The translations under genes and the position numbers were made by a program. Shown one piece after another: positions 1-8,118 of a stretch of DNA of 64,000 bases. The stretch is taken from the sequence record KU726251.1. One strand, 5' to 3'. The stretch's first letter is position 1. Every line of letters starts with the position of its first letter. The notes below the pieces were generated by a model that did not search any database, had not been told where the DNA came from, and was given only the letters and a program-made list of their open reading frames with translations.

Positions 1-328
1 TATTAAGATCTTAAAACGCGTGCGGGCGCGCGCGTGATCCTTATTAAGAGATCGTGATCGGACAGACGTCCTGGTTTGGGTACCCTGTGTATTTTTTACG
101 TGGTTTCCCTATCGTGTGTTCAGACCACCACTCGATGTCCAAAACCCATAGCTTCGGTGGCCGCCTCCCTGGACGGCAGACTCTGACAAGTCGACCCACA
201 CCACCAACCCGTCCGGGGACGGATTTTTATTCCAACGACAAGCTCCACGAAAATCCCCGCAGAGGGACTCACTGCTGTGTGACTCACCGGCTCCTGGACG
301 CCTACGCCTCGAGCCGGTAATTTTTTGA

Positions 329-351
329 TTACGTGAGTTTGTTGTTATATG
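329..351 (+). promoter_or_regulatory. TTAC-N15-TATG motif, candidate nvRNAP middle/late promoter
   Basis: TTAC 329-332 and TATG 348-351; same spacing recurs at 941, 2574, 22812 (TGTG variant), 56920 and 63572. Confidence 0.55.
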
Positions 352-930
352 CGAATAGCGATTGACCGCGCCAATGGTCCAATCACTTTTAAACCCTGCA
401 CGCTAGGGCTCCAAGTCCTGGGATTGTTACCCAGGACGCTTTTTCGAAAATACCTACCGTGGTGTCTTCGACAAAGCGCAATCTAACACTGCGTGATTTA
501 TTATGTTCTGGAAAACTTTCGCCGTGGAACAGAACCGGTGAGCGTCGGCGGGGATTCCGACAATCACCACCAATTCAGGTACTCGGTAAATAACCGACCT
601 GCCGACGGTGCTACGTCGGGCGTAGTTCGGTTTGCGAGAGTGTCGAGAAAGTCGACTGCGCACCCATGACAAAATCCGAGTTGACCGTGGCAGCGCCAGA
701 GGACTGGGCAGCGGAGAGACGTCGTTGAACTTACCTCCGATAGTTATCGCTGATTCCGCTCTGGCGTCGGGCCAAAACTGATTCGAATTCGGCGTTGCGT
801 CGAAAAGGGGTCTGCGTGTAGAACCGCAGACTTGGGGGATGATCTCCAGACGGAGGTGGTCAAAATATCTTGCCGGCTCGGAACAGACGAGAGGGGTGGG
901 TACTCCCGTTGAGAAACGACGGTACCTGGC
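351..930 (+). ncRNA. candidate large structured non-coding RNA
   Basis: No credible ORF; stems 415-422/430-437, 544-548/557-561, 602-607/614-619, 642-646/652-656, 693-701/759-767, 810-816/825-831; begins at a promoter motif. Confidence 0.45.
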
Positions 931-940
931 TGATTAAAAT

Positions 941-963
941 TTACAGATTCTGCGTGAGGTATG
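941..963 (+). promoter_or_regulatory. AAAATTTAC-N15-TATG candidate promoter
   Basis: TTAC 941-944, TATG 960-963, upstream of the RBS of 988. Confidence 0.55.
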
Positions 964-987
964 ATAAACCAAACGGAGAATTAAATC

Positions 988-1479
988 ATGACCACGATAG
1001 CGTTCGATGGAAAAGTCTTAGCTGCTGACGGCCAGTTAACCCGTGGGTCGAATATCTGCAACCTGAATACCCAGAAGTTATTCGTCTGTCCTCCTGACGA
1101 GGAGTGGTGGATTACCGGTGAACGAATTGTGGTGTTCGGGGTAAGCGGCGACATCACAGGACAATTGGCCCTGCTGGAAACGGTCCGCTTGAGACCCGGC
1201 TACAAGGGGTTAACACAAAGCTCGCAGTTACCTGCGAAGATGGATTTTACTTTCCTGATGCTTCTGGCCTCAGGGAAAGCGATAGTCGGTGGGAAGCGTG
1301 AAGACGACGTGTCGTTGTGGTGGAGTGAAGCCACACCACCTCTGGCAACCGGAAGCGGTTACGAGTACGCGTTGGGTGCGATGAAGATGGGCGCGAATGC
1401 GGTTCGTGCTGTTGAGATTGCGTCCGAATGCGATATCTACACCGGTGGTGAGATTAGCACTTACGAACTACGGAGGTGA
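988..1479 (+). CDS. HslV/proteasome-beta-like Ntn-hydrolase peptidase
   Basis: N-terminal MTTIAFDGKVLAADGQ (Thr nucleophile after Met removal) and ATGSG...ALGAM...AVEIA...DIYTGG; GGAG RBS. Confidence 0.8.
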   Translation: MTTIAFDGKVLAADGQLTRGSNICNLNTQKLFVCPPDEEWWITGERIVVFGVSGDITGQLALLETVRLRPGYKGLTQSSQLPAKMDFTFLMLLASGKAIVGGKREDDVSLWWSEATPPLATGSGYEYALGAMKMGANAVRAVEIASECDIYTGGEISTYELRR

Positions 1480-1572
1480 ATCATGCGGGAGTCAGAAGCA
1501 CGCAAGCTTGACCCCATCAATCGCCTGCGATAACGGGGTAGCGCATCCGTATAAACACGTTTAAAGAATTCT

Positions 1573-1648
1573 GGGGGTATGGCGCAATTGGTAGCGCACC
1601 GGTCTCCAAAACCGAAGGTTCGAGGTTCGAAACCTCGTGCCCCCGCCA
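1573..1648 (+). tRNA. trnW: tRNA-Trp (CCA)
   Basis: Full cloverleaf: acceptor 1573-1579/1638-1644, D arm GCGC/GCGC, anticodon CCA 1606-1608, TTCGAAA T loop, encoded CCA end. Confidence 0.95.
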
Positions 1649-1712
1649 CATTTAGCCAACGAATTCAGGTTCAACACAGAAGACACAGATTTGTCAACTG
1701 TTGGAGAACAAC

Positions 1713-1955
1713 ATGAATTTGTACTTGCTAGAACGAACTGACGATATCGGGTATGATGAATTTGATTCCATAATCGTGGCGGCTCCTACGGAGCAAGCTG
1801 CGTGTGCAATTCCTCCCGACTGTGGTCATTGGATGGACTGCCGCTGGTTACCGAAAGAGCGCTGGGATGAAGGGCTTACCCTGACCGTTACTCTTATCGG
1901 CACTACGCACTATCCTGCTGGGACCGTCGTTCATGAATCGTTCAATGCTGGCTAA
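1713..1955 (+). CDS. small hypothetical phage protein
   Basis: GGAG RBS before ATG 1713; MNLYLLERTDDIGYDEFDSIIVAAPTEQAA. Confidence 0.7.
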   Translation: MNLYLLERTDDIGYDEFDSIIVAAPTEQAACAIPPDCGHWMDCRWLPKERWDEGLTLTVTLIGTTHYPAGTVVHESFNAG

Positions 1956-1957
1956 AC

Positions 1958-1975
1958 AGTGGGCTTCGGCCCACT
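1958..1975 (+). other. UUCG hairpin without U-tract
   Basis: AGTGGGC-TTCG-GCCCACT; followed by further paired sequence rather than a T run. Confidence 0.6.
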
Positions 1976-2224
1976 AACCCTATTCGAGCCATGATACTTA
2001 CTCAGATTGTGCGGGTTGATGTCCCGCATGAGCCGGTAGCAGCTCAGACCTACGGTAAACCGATAAATCCGTAGCAGCCAGGTACACAAAGCACCAGGTC
2101 GCTTGTACAGGATGCTGGGTATCTGACCGGTCATAACCTCATTCGATACGAGACACGTTTATGCATGAAATACTCCAGTACATCAGGATGTTGATTTCAA
2201 ACGTCCGGTTCTGGGTATTCAGTC

Positions 2225-2530
2225 ATGTTTGGTTTACAGGCGATGGGTTTTCCCGTAAGGGCCCCACTTACAGACTGGCGTCTCCACGACAACCGTCCCT
2301 AGGGGACAGGCAAGCACCGGCCCATTAAGCCGCCATGCTACGCCTGTAAATCCACAATCTGATAACCGAATGGGATTGAGTTCCCAGTGTTAGGGTGACT
2401 GTGTGTCACCGTAGGCGCGGTACCTCATACGGCCGGTACGCCACGAATGTACGTGATAGCAGGTGGTGCTTGGAGACGCTAAGACCTGACCTTACGGCCA
2501 GGCTCAGAAGAAGAAGTCCATCACCTGTAT
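2225..2530 (+). ncRNA. candidate structured non-coding RNA
   Basis: Perfect 10-bp helix 2233-2242/2341-2350; 9-bp helix 2460-2468/2519-2527; hairpins 2295-2307, 2371-2386, 2394-2410; no credible ORF. Confidence 0.45.
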
Positions 2531-2573
2531 TCAGAAATGAATTTAGGTTAATTATTGGAAGTGGCGAAATCAC

Positions 2574-2596
2574 TTACGTGATAACTTAGTAGTATG
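2574..2596 (+). promoter_or_regulatory. TTAC-N15-TATG candidate promoter for the downstream RNA/tRNA unit
   Basis: TTAC 2574-2577, TATG 2593-2596. Confidence 0.5.
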
Positions 2597-2640
2597 CAAC
2601 GAACAATACCAGAGTGACTTTACGAGGTTACTGTGGTATA

Positions 2641-2721
2641 TGTCGGTGCGCCGGGCAACGTGTTGCCGCAAATAAGCCCGAGGGAGCTGACTGCACTAAC
2701 ACACGCCGGGATGCACCGGCA
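2641..2721 (+). ncRNA. candidate small structured RNA upstream of the tRNA pair
   Basis: 9-bp closing stem 2641-2649/2713-2721 enclosing CGGGC/GCCCG and GCAAC/GTTGC stems. Confidence 0.35.
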
Positions 2722-2730
2722 CCTTACAAC

Positions 2731-2800
2731 GGCTTTGTAGCTCAGGTAGGTAGAGCAGCCTCTTTGAGGAAGGTCGCCGGTTCGAGACCGGTCAAAGCAA
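2731..2800 (+). tRNA. tRNA-like element / pseudo-tRNA with shortened anticodon arm
   Basis: Acceptor 2731-2737/2793-2799, D arm GCTC/GAGC, T arm GCCGG-TTCGAGA-CCGGT; anticodon arm only 13 nt (CCTC-TTT-GAGG); no CCA. Confidence 0.7.
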
Positions 2801-2881
2801 GAGCAGCGAAGTTAGAGGAATTAACACCCGACTCATAATCGGATATTTCGACGGTTCGAATCCGTCCGTTTGCTCGCCCCA
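2801..2881 (+). tRNA. atypical tRNA with CAT anticodon (Met or Ile2)
   Basis: Anticodon loop CTCATAA 2832-2838, T arm GACGG-TTCGAAT-CCGTC, D arm GTTA/TAAC, bulged acceptor stem, CCA at 2879-2881. Confidence 0.7.
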
Positions 2882-2899
2882 TTTGTGTTATCCTTATCC

Positions 2900-3215
2900 C
2901 GAAGGCATTCGAAATAAGACGCGTATCCACACACGGGTCAAGGGTAACACGAACCACTTCCGCGGTCACCGTGTCCATTGCCGCCTACCTGCATGGGCTG
3001 TCCTCCGACACGGTGACTTCGGGCCAACTTACAGGCCAGGGCCGTTTGGGTTTTTCTTACGCATCCATCCAGAGCCACCTCGCGCCCTAGTCTGTATACC
3101 CCTTTTCTGTTCCTGGTTTGCCAACTAAATCAATTAAGCCTGGTGCGTTGCCCTGGGAACAGAAAAACTTATTCGGTTACACACCGAACCCACCCACGAG
3201 GGATATGTCGTGGAC
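2900..3215 (+). ncRNA. candidate structured RNA or long structured 5' leader
   Basis: Two perfect 11-bp helices (2965-2975/3007-3017; 3103-3113/3156-3166) plus hairpin 3194-3213. Confidence 0.4.
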
Positions 3216-3258
3216 TACCAATAGAAGCAGCAATAGTAGAAGTAAGAAGGAAAGCAAC

Positions 3259-4080
3259 ATGTTTACAGTTAAACGTGTGATTGATGGTGACCGCATTATT
3301 ACCGAACATGAAAAAGTTCGTATCGGTGACCGTAAGTCTCGTGTATTCCGCGAGGCGTTAAAGATGCTCGAGAACGAGCGATTCGACATTGTTGTCGGTG
3401 ATGAAAAGTTAGCCCTTAATCCGGGGTTAAAACGCGTTGCCCCTGATGTGCCTGATCCGAACACCATGCATTTGTCTGATTATTGTAGCTGGCAGCAGCG
3501 CCTGTCTACAAGTCAGCTTTATGCTCACGTATATCTAAGGCAGCTTTTCCCCAACCTTATTATCCCCGATTTGGAAACGGTCGAGGTGTTTAACTGCAAC
3601 GCACGCGAGTTTGTTAGCTACGTGCTAGATAATAAGGGCAACGCTATCTTGGTACTGGCGACAAATTTATGTGAACCAGAAGCCATGGATAGTATCTGCG
3701 GCGAACTTGTTGGTTTCGGTACGCCCTTGGAAAAATTAGGTTGGTACAAGCCGTCTCCTGATAGCGACATGGCGATTATTGTCTACACTCAGGAAGAACT
3801 GCAACAAGTCGAATTGGAGCCTGGTCCATCTATCGAGTTCACCGATGTCCAGGAGCAATCGCAGTGGGTTAACGGTGAGTGCGTTGTTACTGTTTTAAAA
3901 GGCGCTCGCCCTGGCGACCGGTCAGTCGATGAACTGATTGGCGCAATGTGCATCGAAGAAGAATCTGGGTACGATCCTGATAACCAGATCAGTGCCGGTG
4001 CGTTGTACGAACTGTTTTATAAAGGCGACGAAGTCTACGTGGTTAACTCTCACGGTAAGACTACCGACGTCCTTCGCTGA
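3259..4080 (+). CDS. hypothetical protein
   Basis: Start moved from 3118 to ATG 3259 (AAGGAAAG RBS); followed by terminator. Confidence 0.75.
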   Translation: MFTVKRVIDGDRIITEHEKVRIGDRKSRVFREALKMLENERFDIVVGDEKLALNPGLKRVAPDVPDPNTMHLSDYCSWQQRLSTSQLYAHVYLRQLFPNLIIPDLETVEVFNCNAREFVSYVLDNKGNAILVLATNLCEPEAMDSICGELVGFGTPLEKLGWYKPSPDSDMAIIVYTQEELQQVELEPGPSIEFTDVQEQSQWVNGECVVTVLKGARPGDRSVDELIGAMCIEEESGYDPDNQISAGALYELFYKGDEVYVVNSHGKTTDVLR

Positions 4081-4170
4081 ATTAGCTAACGCCCAGTAGC
4101 TATGTTCCTGACGATTAGCCCTCGTCTGACCTTGTAAGACCTTGTAGATTTACATGCCAACACCAGGGAA

Positions 4171-4213
4171 GTCCTCACTCTTCGGAGTGAGGACAACTCT
4201 TTTATTTTTTTTT
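4171..4213 (+). terminator. intrinsic terminator
   Basis: GTCCTCACTC-TTCG-GAGTGAGGAC then T-rich tract. Confidence 0.85.
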
Positions 4214-4229
4214 GTATTCCAAATATTTG

Positions 4230-4252
4230 CAGATAGATATTACCTAAGTGAG
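4230..4252 (+). promoter_or_regulatory. early (virion RNAP) promoter motif
   Basis: CAGATAGATATTACCTAAGTGAG; one of 7 copies; resembles phiKZ early TATATTAC. Confidence 0.65.
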
Positions 4253-4304
4253 ATGAGAAAGCCTCATCTGAATTCCCCCAACTCGACTATAAAAGGTAAG
4301 CATC

Positions 4305-5252
4305 ATGTACAGACCAAGTAATCCTAGCGCTATTGAAGGATTAAACCAGGATGGCTTCAGCCTCGCAGAAGCAACCCGCATTCGACCTTTCTTACCTCGC
4401 AGATTCTTCCCTTTCGGTTCGTTATACAGAACGAACTTCGACGCTTGGGAAGCGATACGTGCTGTAAAAGATGCACTACAGTACAAGAACTTCGAATTCC
4501 GATTTGTGTTCAAATGGGGCAACGGCGAATTGCTCCACTACTTCGGATTCCAACAGAACGAGTTTATTGAGTATACCTCACCTACGTACCACACCAGGTT
4601 CTTAAGTATCGAATTCGTTCGCCATTTCGGCGATGCACTCTTTACGGAACGGGCTACAGATGAAAACCACGGACGTAGGCTGATGTTAACGAACGGTGCA
4701 TTGCGCATCAAGATGAATCGTTTACGGGAAGCGTATAACCAACTTATCAATCCTGAACCGGTAATGTTTCCAACAGTCGCAGATTTGAACGTTACACCAC
4801 TCCAGCTACCTGTGGATATAGACAAACCGATCCTGGCAATCAGAGCACTGCAGGCAGGTTATGCAAACTGGTATAAAGGGCACAGTCTCCCGAACACCAG
4901 ATTGAACATCGAACCGTATGAGTTGTGCCTGTTCTTAACGTTACGCAAACAGCTCGAGCCAGAAAACTTAGACTTACGTTATTTAGCGACTCCTGATGTT
5001 GGAATCTATTATCCTGCGAATTGGATGGTTGCGGCAGTCCTACCGGACGGCGAGATGGTCGGTAGCATCGTTTATGGGACTCAACAATTACCTTCTACGT
5101 TAGCACCACCGAAGGATTCTATATATCCGTACGCTTCCTGGTACGTTGGCAGTAACGGAGCTAGATGGTTGGTACTCCACGTCCCTGAGGAAGTTTATAA
5201 TTTGTTTCCACGTGAGCAATGGCTTAGCGTGTACGATTTTCAGTTTGGTTAG
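4305..5252 (+). CDS. hypothetical protein
   Basis: 315-aa ORF between promoter motif and terminator. Confidence 0.75.
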   Translation: MYRPSNPSAIEGLNQDGFSLAEATRIRPFLPRRFFPFGSLYRTNFDAWEAIRAVKDALQYKNFEFRFVFKWGNGELLHYFGFQQNEFIEYTSPTYHTRFLSIEFVRHFGDALFTERATDENHGRRLMLTNGALRIKMNRLREAYNQLINPEPVMFPTVADLNVTPLQLPVDIDKPILAIRALQAGYANWYKGHSLPNTRLNIEPYELCLFLTLRKQLEPENLDLRYLATPDVGIYYPANWMVAAVLPDGEMVGSIVYGTQQLPSTLAPPKDSIYPYASWYVGSNGARWLVLHVPEEVYNLFPREQWLSVYDFQFG

Positions 5253-5266
5253 TAGTCGATGCTTTT

Positions 5267-5300
5267 GAGGGAACTTCGGTTCCCTCTTTTTTTTCTTTTT
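5267..5300 (+). terminator. intrinsic terminator
   Basis: GAGGGAAC-TTCG-GTTCCCTC + T run. Confidence 0.85.
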
Positions 5301-5337
5301 TCACGACTGCCTAAGAATCTTATAGGAGGAAGTTACC

Positions 5338-5754
5338 ATGATTACGCAGTGCTACTACCAGACGAAAGATTTATTTAAAGCATTGGAAGAAAATAAATTA
5401 CCCACGACTTTAAGACCGCAGTGCAGTTATTCAAGAATACTTGCAAGTGAGGTCTTTCCAGTGCTAATGCAGTTGCCCCAATTCCAACCGTGGCTCGACT
5501 CGCTAGATGTGGTAGATGCTGTGGCTATCTACACTGGGTCAGACGCACCAACAATAAACACAAGCGAGTGTTTATCCCGTAGCGAATCGTCGGCGTTAAA
5601 TGAAATGCCGCAATTAATGCCTTCTTTATTCGAATCGATGTGTGCTGCAGTTATGCAGAAACGACTACCTTATGAGGAAGTATTCGCCATTGTGTTAGAC
5701 AGCATCCACGCAATGAATTATAAACACTATAAAACCCTCGGAACCTTACACTGA
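5338..5754 (+). CDS. hypothetical protein
   Basis: GGAGG RBS, 138 aa. Confidence 0.7.
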   Translation: MITQCYYQTKDLFKALEENKLPTTLRPQCSYSRILASEVFPVLMQLPQFQPWLDSLDVVDAVAIYTGSDAPTINTSECLSRSESSALNEMPQLMPSLFESMCAAVMQKRLPYEEVFAIVLDSIHAMNYKHYKTLGTLH

Positions 5755-5821
5755 CTTTTTTACGGCAGGCACCTATCTTGTAGGGAGTCTGTGCTGTAAT
5801 AGATTCCAAAGGAGATGCTCG

Positions 5822-6211
5822 ATGAAAAACAAACTGCGTCCGCTGGACGTGATTATGGCGCATCCGGATACCCTCAAGAAAATTAAAGTGGTCAATGAAC
5901 TTGACCGTGGTCTCCTGGATACTATTCAATGGGGTTTTACTTTCCACCCCGATGAAGAGAACAACACGCGTCAATTAGATGTTTGCGACGGCGTAGAAAT
6001 CGATTGGTCTTCTAACGAAGGCTTCAACGATGTCGTCGATTATGTCAAACAAGCCACCGTTCCACCTGTGTTTCCCGTAGCTGGTTTAGCGGAACACACA
6101 ATTTCTCTCCGCCGACTGGTTAACGCACAACCGGAAATTGTGCGTGAAGGTGAAGCGTGGACGTCAGGTATTACTCATCATCTTAAGGATGTGTTGGGTG
6201 TTGCCGGTTAA
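5822..6211 (+). CDS. hypothetical protein
   Basis: AAGGAG RBS, 129 aa. Confidence 0.75.
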   Translation: MKNKLRPLDVIMAHPDTLKKIKVVNELDRGLLDTIQWGFTFHPDEENNTRQLDVCDGVEIDWSSNEGFNDVVDYVKQATVPPVFPVAGLAEHTISLRRLVNAQPEIVREGEAWTSGITHHLKDVLGVAG

Positions 6212-6221
6212 AAAAGAAGAA

Positions 6222-6262
6222 GTACCTCTACGCAAGTAGAGGTACGGAATCTTTCTTTTTTG
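6222..6262. terminator. bidirectional terminator
   Basis: GTACCTCTAC-GCAA-GTAGAGGTAC flanked by A run and T run between convergent genes. Confidence 0.8.
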
Positions 6263-7075
6263 TTACGACTTGAAGCGTCCACCGTTCATGTAGTTCCAAC
6301 GGTTTCCGATGTTGTCGTTGTGGACCAGACAACGTTGCATTTTCGGCAAGGTGTCTTCGAACATTTGACCCGCGTCTGAGTAACCTTCAATAACGTTTCT
6401 GAAGGCACCGAACTCCATACCGTTTTCCAGTTTACCGGAGTCCATGTCGAAGATCATGGTGTTGTAAATATATTGCTTAACAGCCATGACTGCCAGCTCA
6501 CCTACAACCGGATAGAATGCTGGTTTGATTTCGTTCATCTCCTGGGATAGTTCGTATTTCACCACGAGTTTGGTAGAGTAAACGAACATGCCTGGGTCTT
6601 TGATACGGATGGTATTCGGGCCGAGTACCTCGACCTCTGGTGAGGCGATACGTGGCATCGCCGACTGACTATCAACCACTTGTTGGGTGGATGCTAATAC
6701 GCCAGAGGTGGCACCGTCCAGATATGAACCTGCGGGAGGCATGGTGTACGCCTGTCCGGCAACGGGTGTTACAGAAATGTGGGCATCCAGAATAGGACGA
6801 CCGCCTGTTTTGATGTCGTCGAGATAATACACGCGACTGAAATAATCTTGCGTGTCGTTATCCCAAGGGATGCCTTGCAAATCTACTTCTTGATACTGCC
6901 CCATTCTTGAGATTTCAGGGACCAGAATCTCACGAATAACACGCTGTTGGATTTCGTTATCTACAGAGCTTGCAATTCCCAGTAACTTGAGGTTTTCTGG
7001 AACAAAAGCCGCCTGTAGAATCGGGGCAGGAATATGCTGTCTGATTTTACGCAGACAGTAGTCGATAACATTCAT
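6263..7075 (-). CDS. conserved phiKZ-like protein, possibly virion-associated
   Basis: Start at MNVIDYCL (GGAG RBS); virion role inferred from recalled SPN3US gene order only. Confidence 0.7.
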   Translation of the reverse strand: MNVIDYCLRKIRQHIPAPILQAAFVPENLKLLGIASSVDNEIQQRVIREILVPEISRMGQYQEVDLQGIPWDNDTQDYFSRVYYLDDIKTGGRPILDAHISVTPVAGQAYTMPPAGSYLDGATSGVLASTQQVVDSQSAMPRIASPEVEVLGPNTIRIKDPGMFVYSTKLVVKYELSQEMNEIKPAFYPVVGELAVMAVKQYIYNTMIFDMDSGKLENGMEFGAFRNVIEGYSDAGQMFEDTLPKMQRCLVHNDNIGNRWNYMNGGRFKS

Positions 7076-7194
7076 TCTAAGGCTCCTATGAAGCTCGTAG
7101 GACAACTCATACCATCGGGTAATGCTATCCCATTACCTGACATTAAAATACGTTTTACGACCTTTATGTGCGCACCATACTCGAAGAAATTTTG

Positions 7195-7215
7195 CATAGA
7201 TATTATCTTCGTGAA
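7195..7215 (+). promoter_or_regulatory. early promoter motif
   Basis: CATAGATATTATCTTCGTGAA upstream of TAAGGAG RBS. Confidence 0.6.
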
Positions 7216-7238
7216 TTATCCTTAAGGAGCATTTCTCG

Positions 7239-7558
7239 ATGACGCGCATGTTCTTTAATTTCTCTCCAGGGACAAATGAACAGATTGTGCCTGCGGACAT
7301 GTTACTGTGCGCGATACAAGAAGTCATTTATCCCGCACGCATGAGTTTCCACGCGAGTGGACACGCATTGCCGAAAGTTATTTTGGCACGGAAGCGTGGT
7401 TTGTTATTTCGGCGTTGGGCCGAAACCATCGCTATCCCTTTCATTACAAAAATGGAGTTGTGCAAACGTGGTCAGAATATACCTCGAACCAGCTGCGGTT
7501 CATTCTAGCTTCTGGGGGCCTGTCGATGCTTCCCAGTACGCTACCGCTCTGCGGATGA
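7239..7558 (+). CDS. hypothetical protein, apparently frameshifted (about 106 aa if one base is restored)
   Basis: Strong RBS at 7239; the -1 frame (ORF 7307..7558) ends in an ATGA overlap with the next start. Confidence 0.5.
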
Positions 7559-8118
7559 GCCAAAAAGAACGCGAGATGTTAACTGTACAACTGTTACACA
7601 CTGCGCTCGAAGATATCTTTTATTCCGTTCCGGAAATGCCTAATGCACGTATGGAACCTTTGCTGGAACCTTATACTGACGCTTTTAATCTCACGATGAT
7701 GTTGGTGGCTGACCAGATCATACTTCCACCGAAAACAGTTCCTGTGGAACGTACACACGTTTCCAGTGGCGGTTTGGGTACTCCGGTTAATAAGACGAAG
7801 GAGACCGTAGCGATTTTACGTTCTACCGAATATCTTATCGGATTGGCATTCGAAGACTGTTACAACAGTTTCCTGGACAGTATCCATGCGCTTGTGGAGA
7901 ATGCTGTGAAGGCCGCCAAACACCCGTTTAATCGTTATGCGACGATTAAACTGGAACCACACATAACCCGTCGTGGGCAGGTGCAATCTCTGGAGTTACA
8001 AATTGGAGAAGACATCAGATTCATCCACTACCGCCAATGCTTCCCAAACAAACGATATCGTCCGTCTGGTACTGATCGATCACATTGCCTCGACGGCATA
8101 CGTCAGGATATTGAATGA
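7555..8118 (+). CDS. hypothetical protein
   Basis: ATG 7555 (MSQKEREML) inside track ORF 7357..8118. Confidence 0.65.
   Translation: MSQKEREMLTVQLLHTALEDIFYSVPEMPNARMEPLLEPYTDAFNLTMMLVADQIILPPKTVPVERTHVSSGGLGTPVNKTKETVAILRSTEYLIGLAFEDCYNSFLDSIHALVENAVKAAKHPFNRYATIKLEPHITRRGQVQSLELQIGEDIRFIHYRQCFPNKRYRPSGTDRSHCLDGIRQDIE

Noticed and set aside
54-672. Track ORFs 54..320 and 454..672
   Set aside because: No RBS, low-complexity Arg/Ser/Pro translation, and they overlap strongly base-paired sequence
520-900. Possible RNase P RNA (GAGAAAGTC and AACAGAA resemble CR-I and CR-V)
   Set aside because: The motifs are in the wrong order, and no P4 pairing or other conserved regions can be built
2731-2881. 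Possible tmRNA (tRNA-like domain lacking a normal anticodon arm)
   Set aside because: No G3-U70 alanine identity, no tag ORF and no intervening mRNA-like domain
2395-3128. Track ORFs 2395..2589, 2614..2838, 2742..2978, 2883..3128
   Set aside because: They overlap tRNAs and structured islands and lack translation signals
4130-4150. Short tandem repeat CCTTGTA x2
   Set aside because: Only two 7-nt copies; within chance expectation
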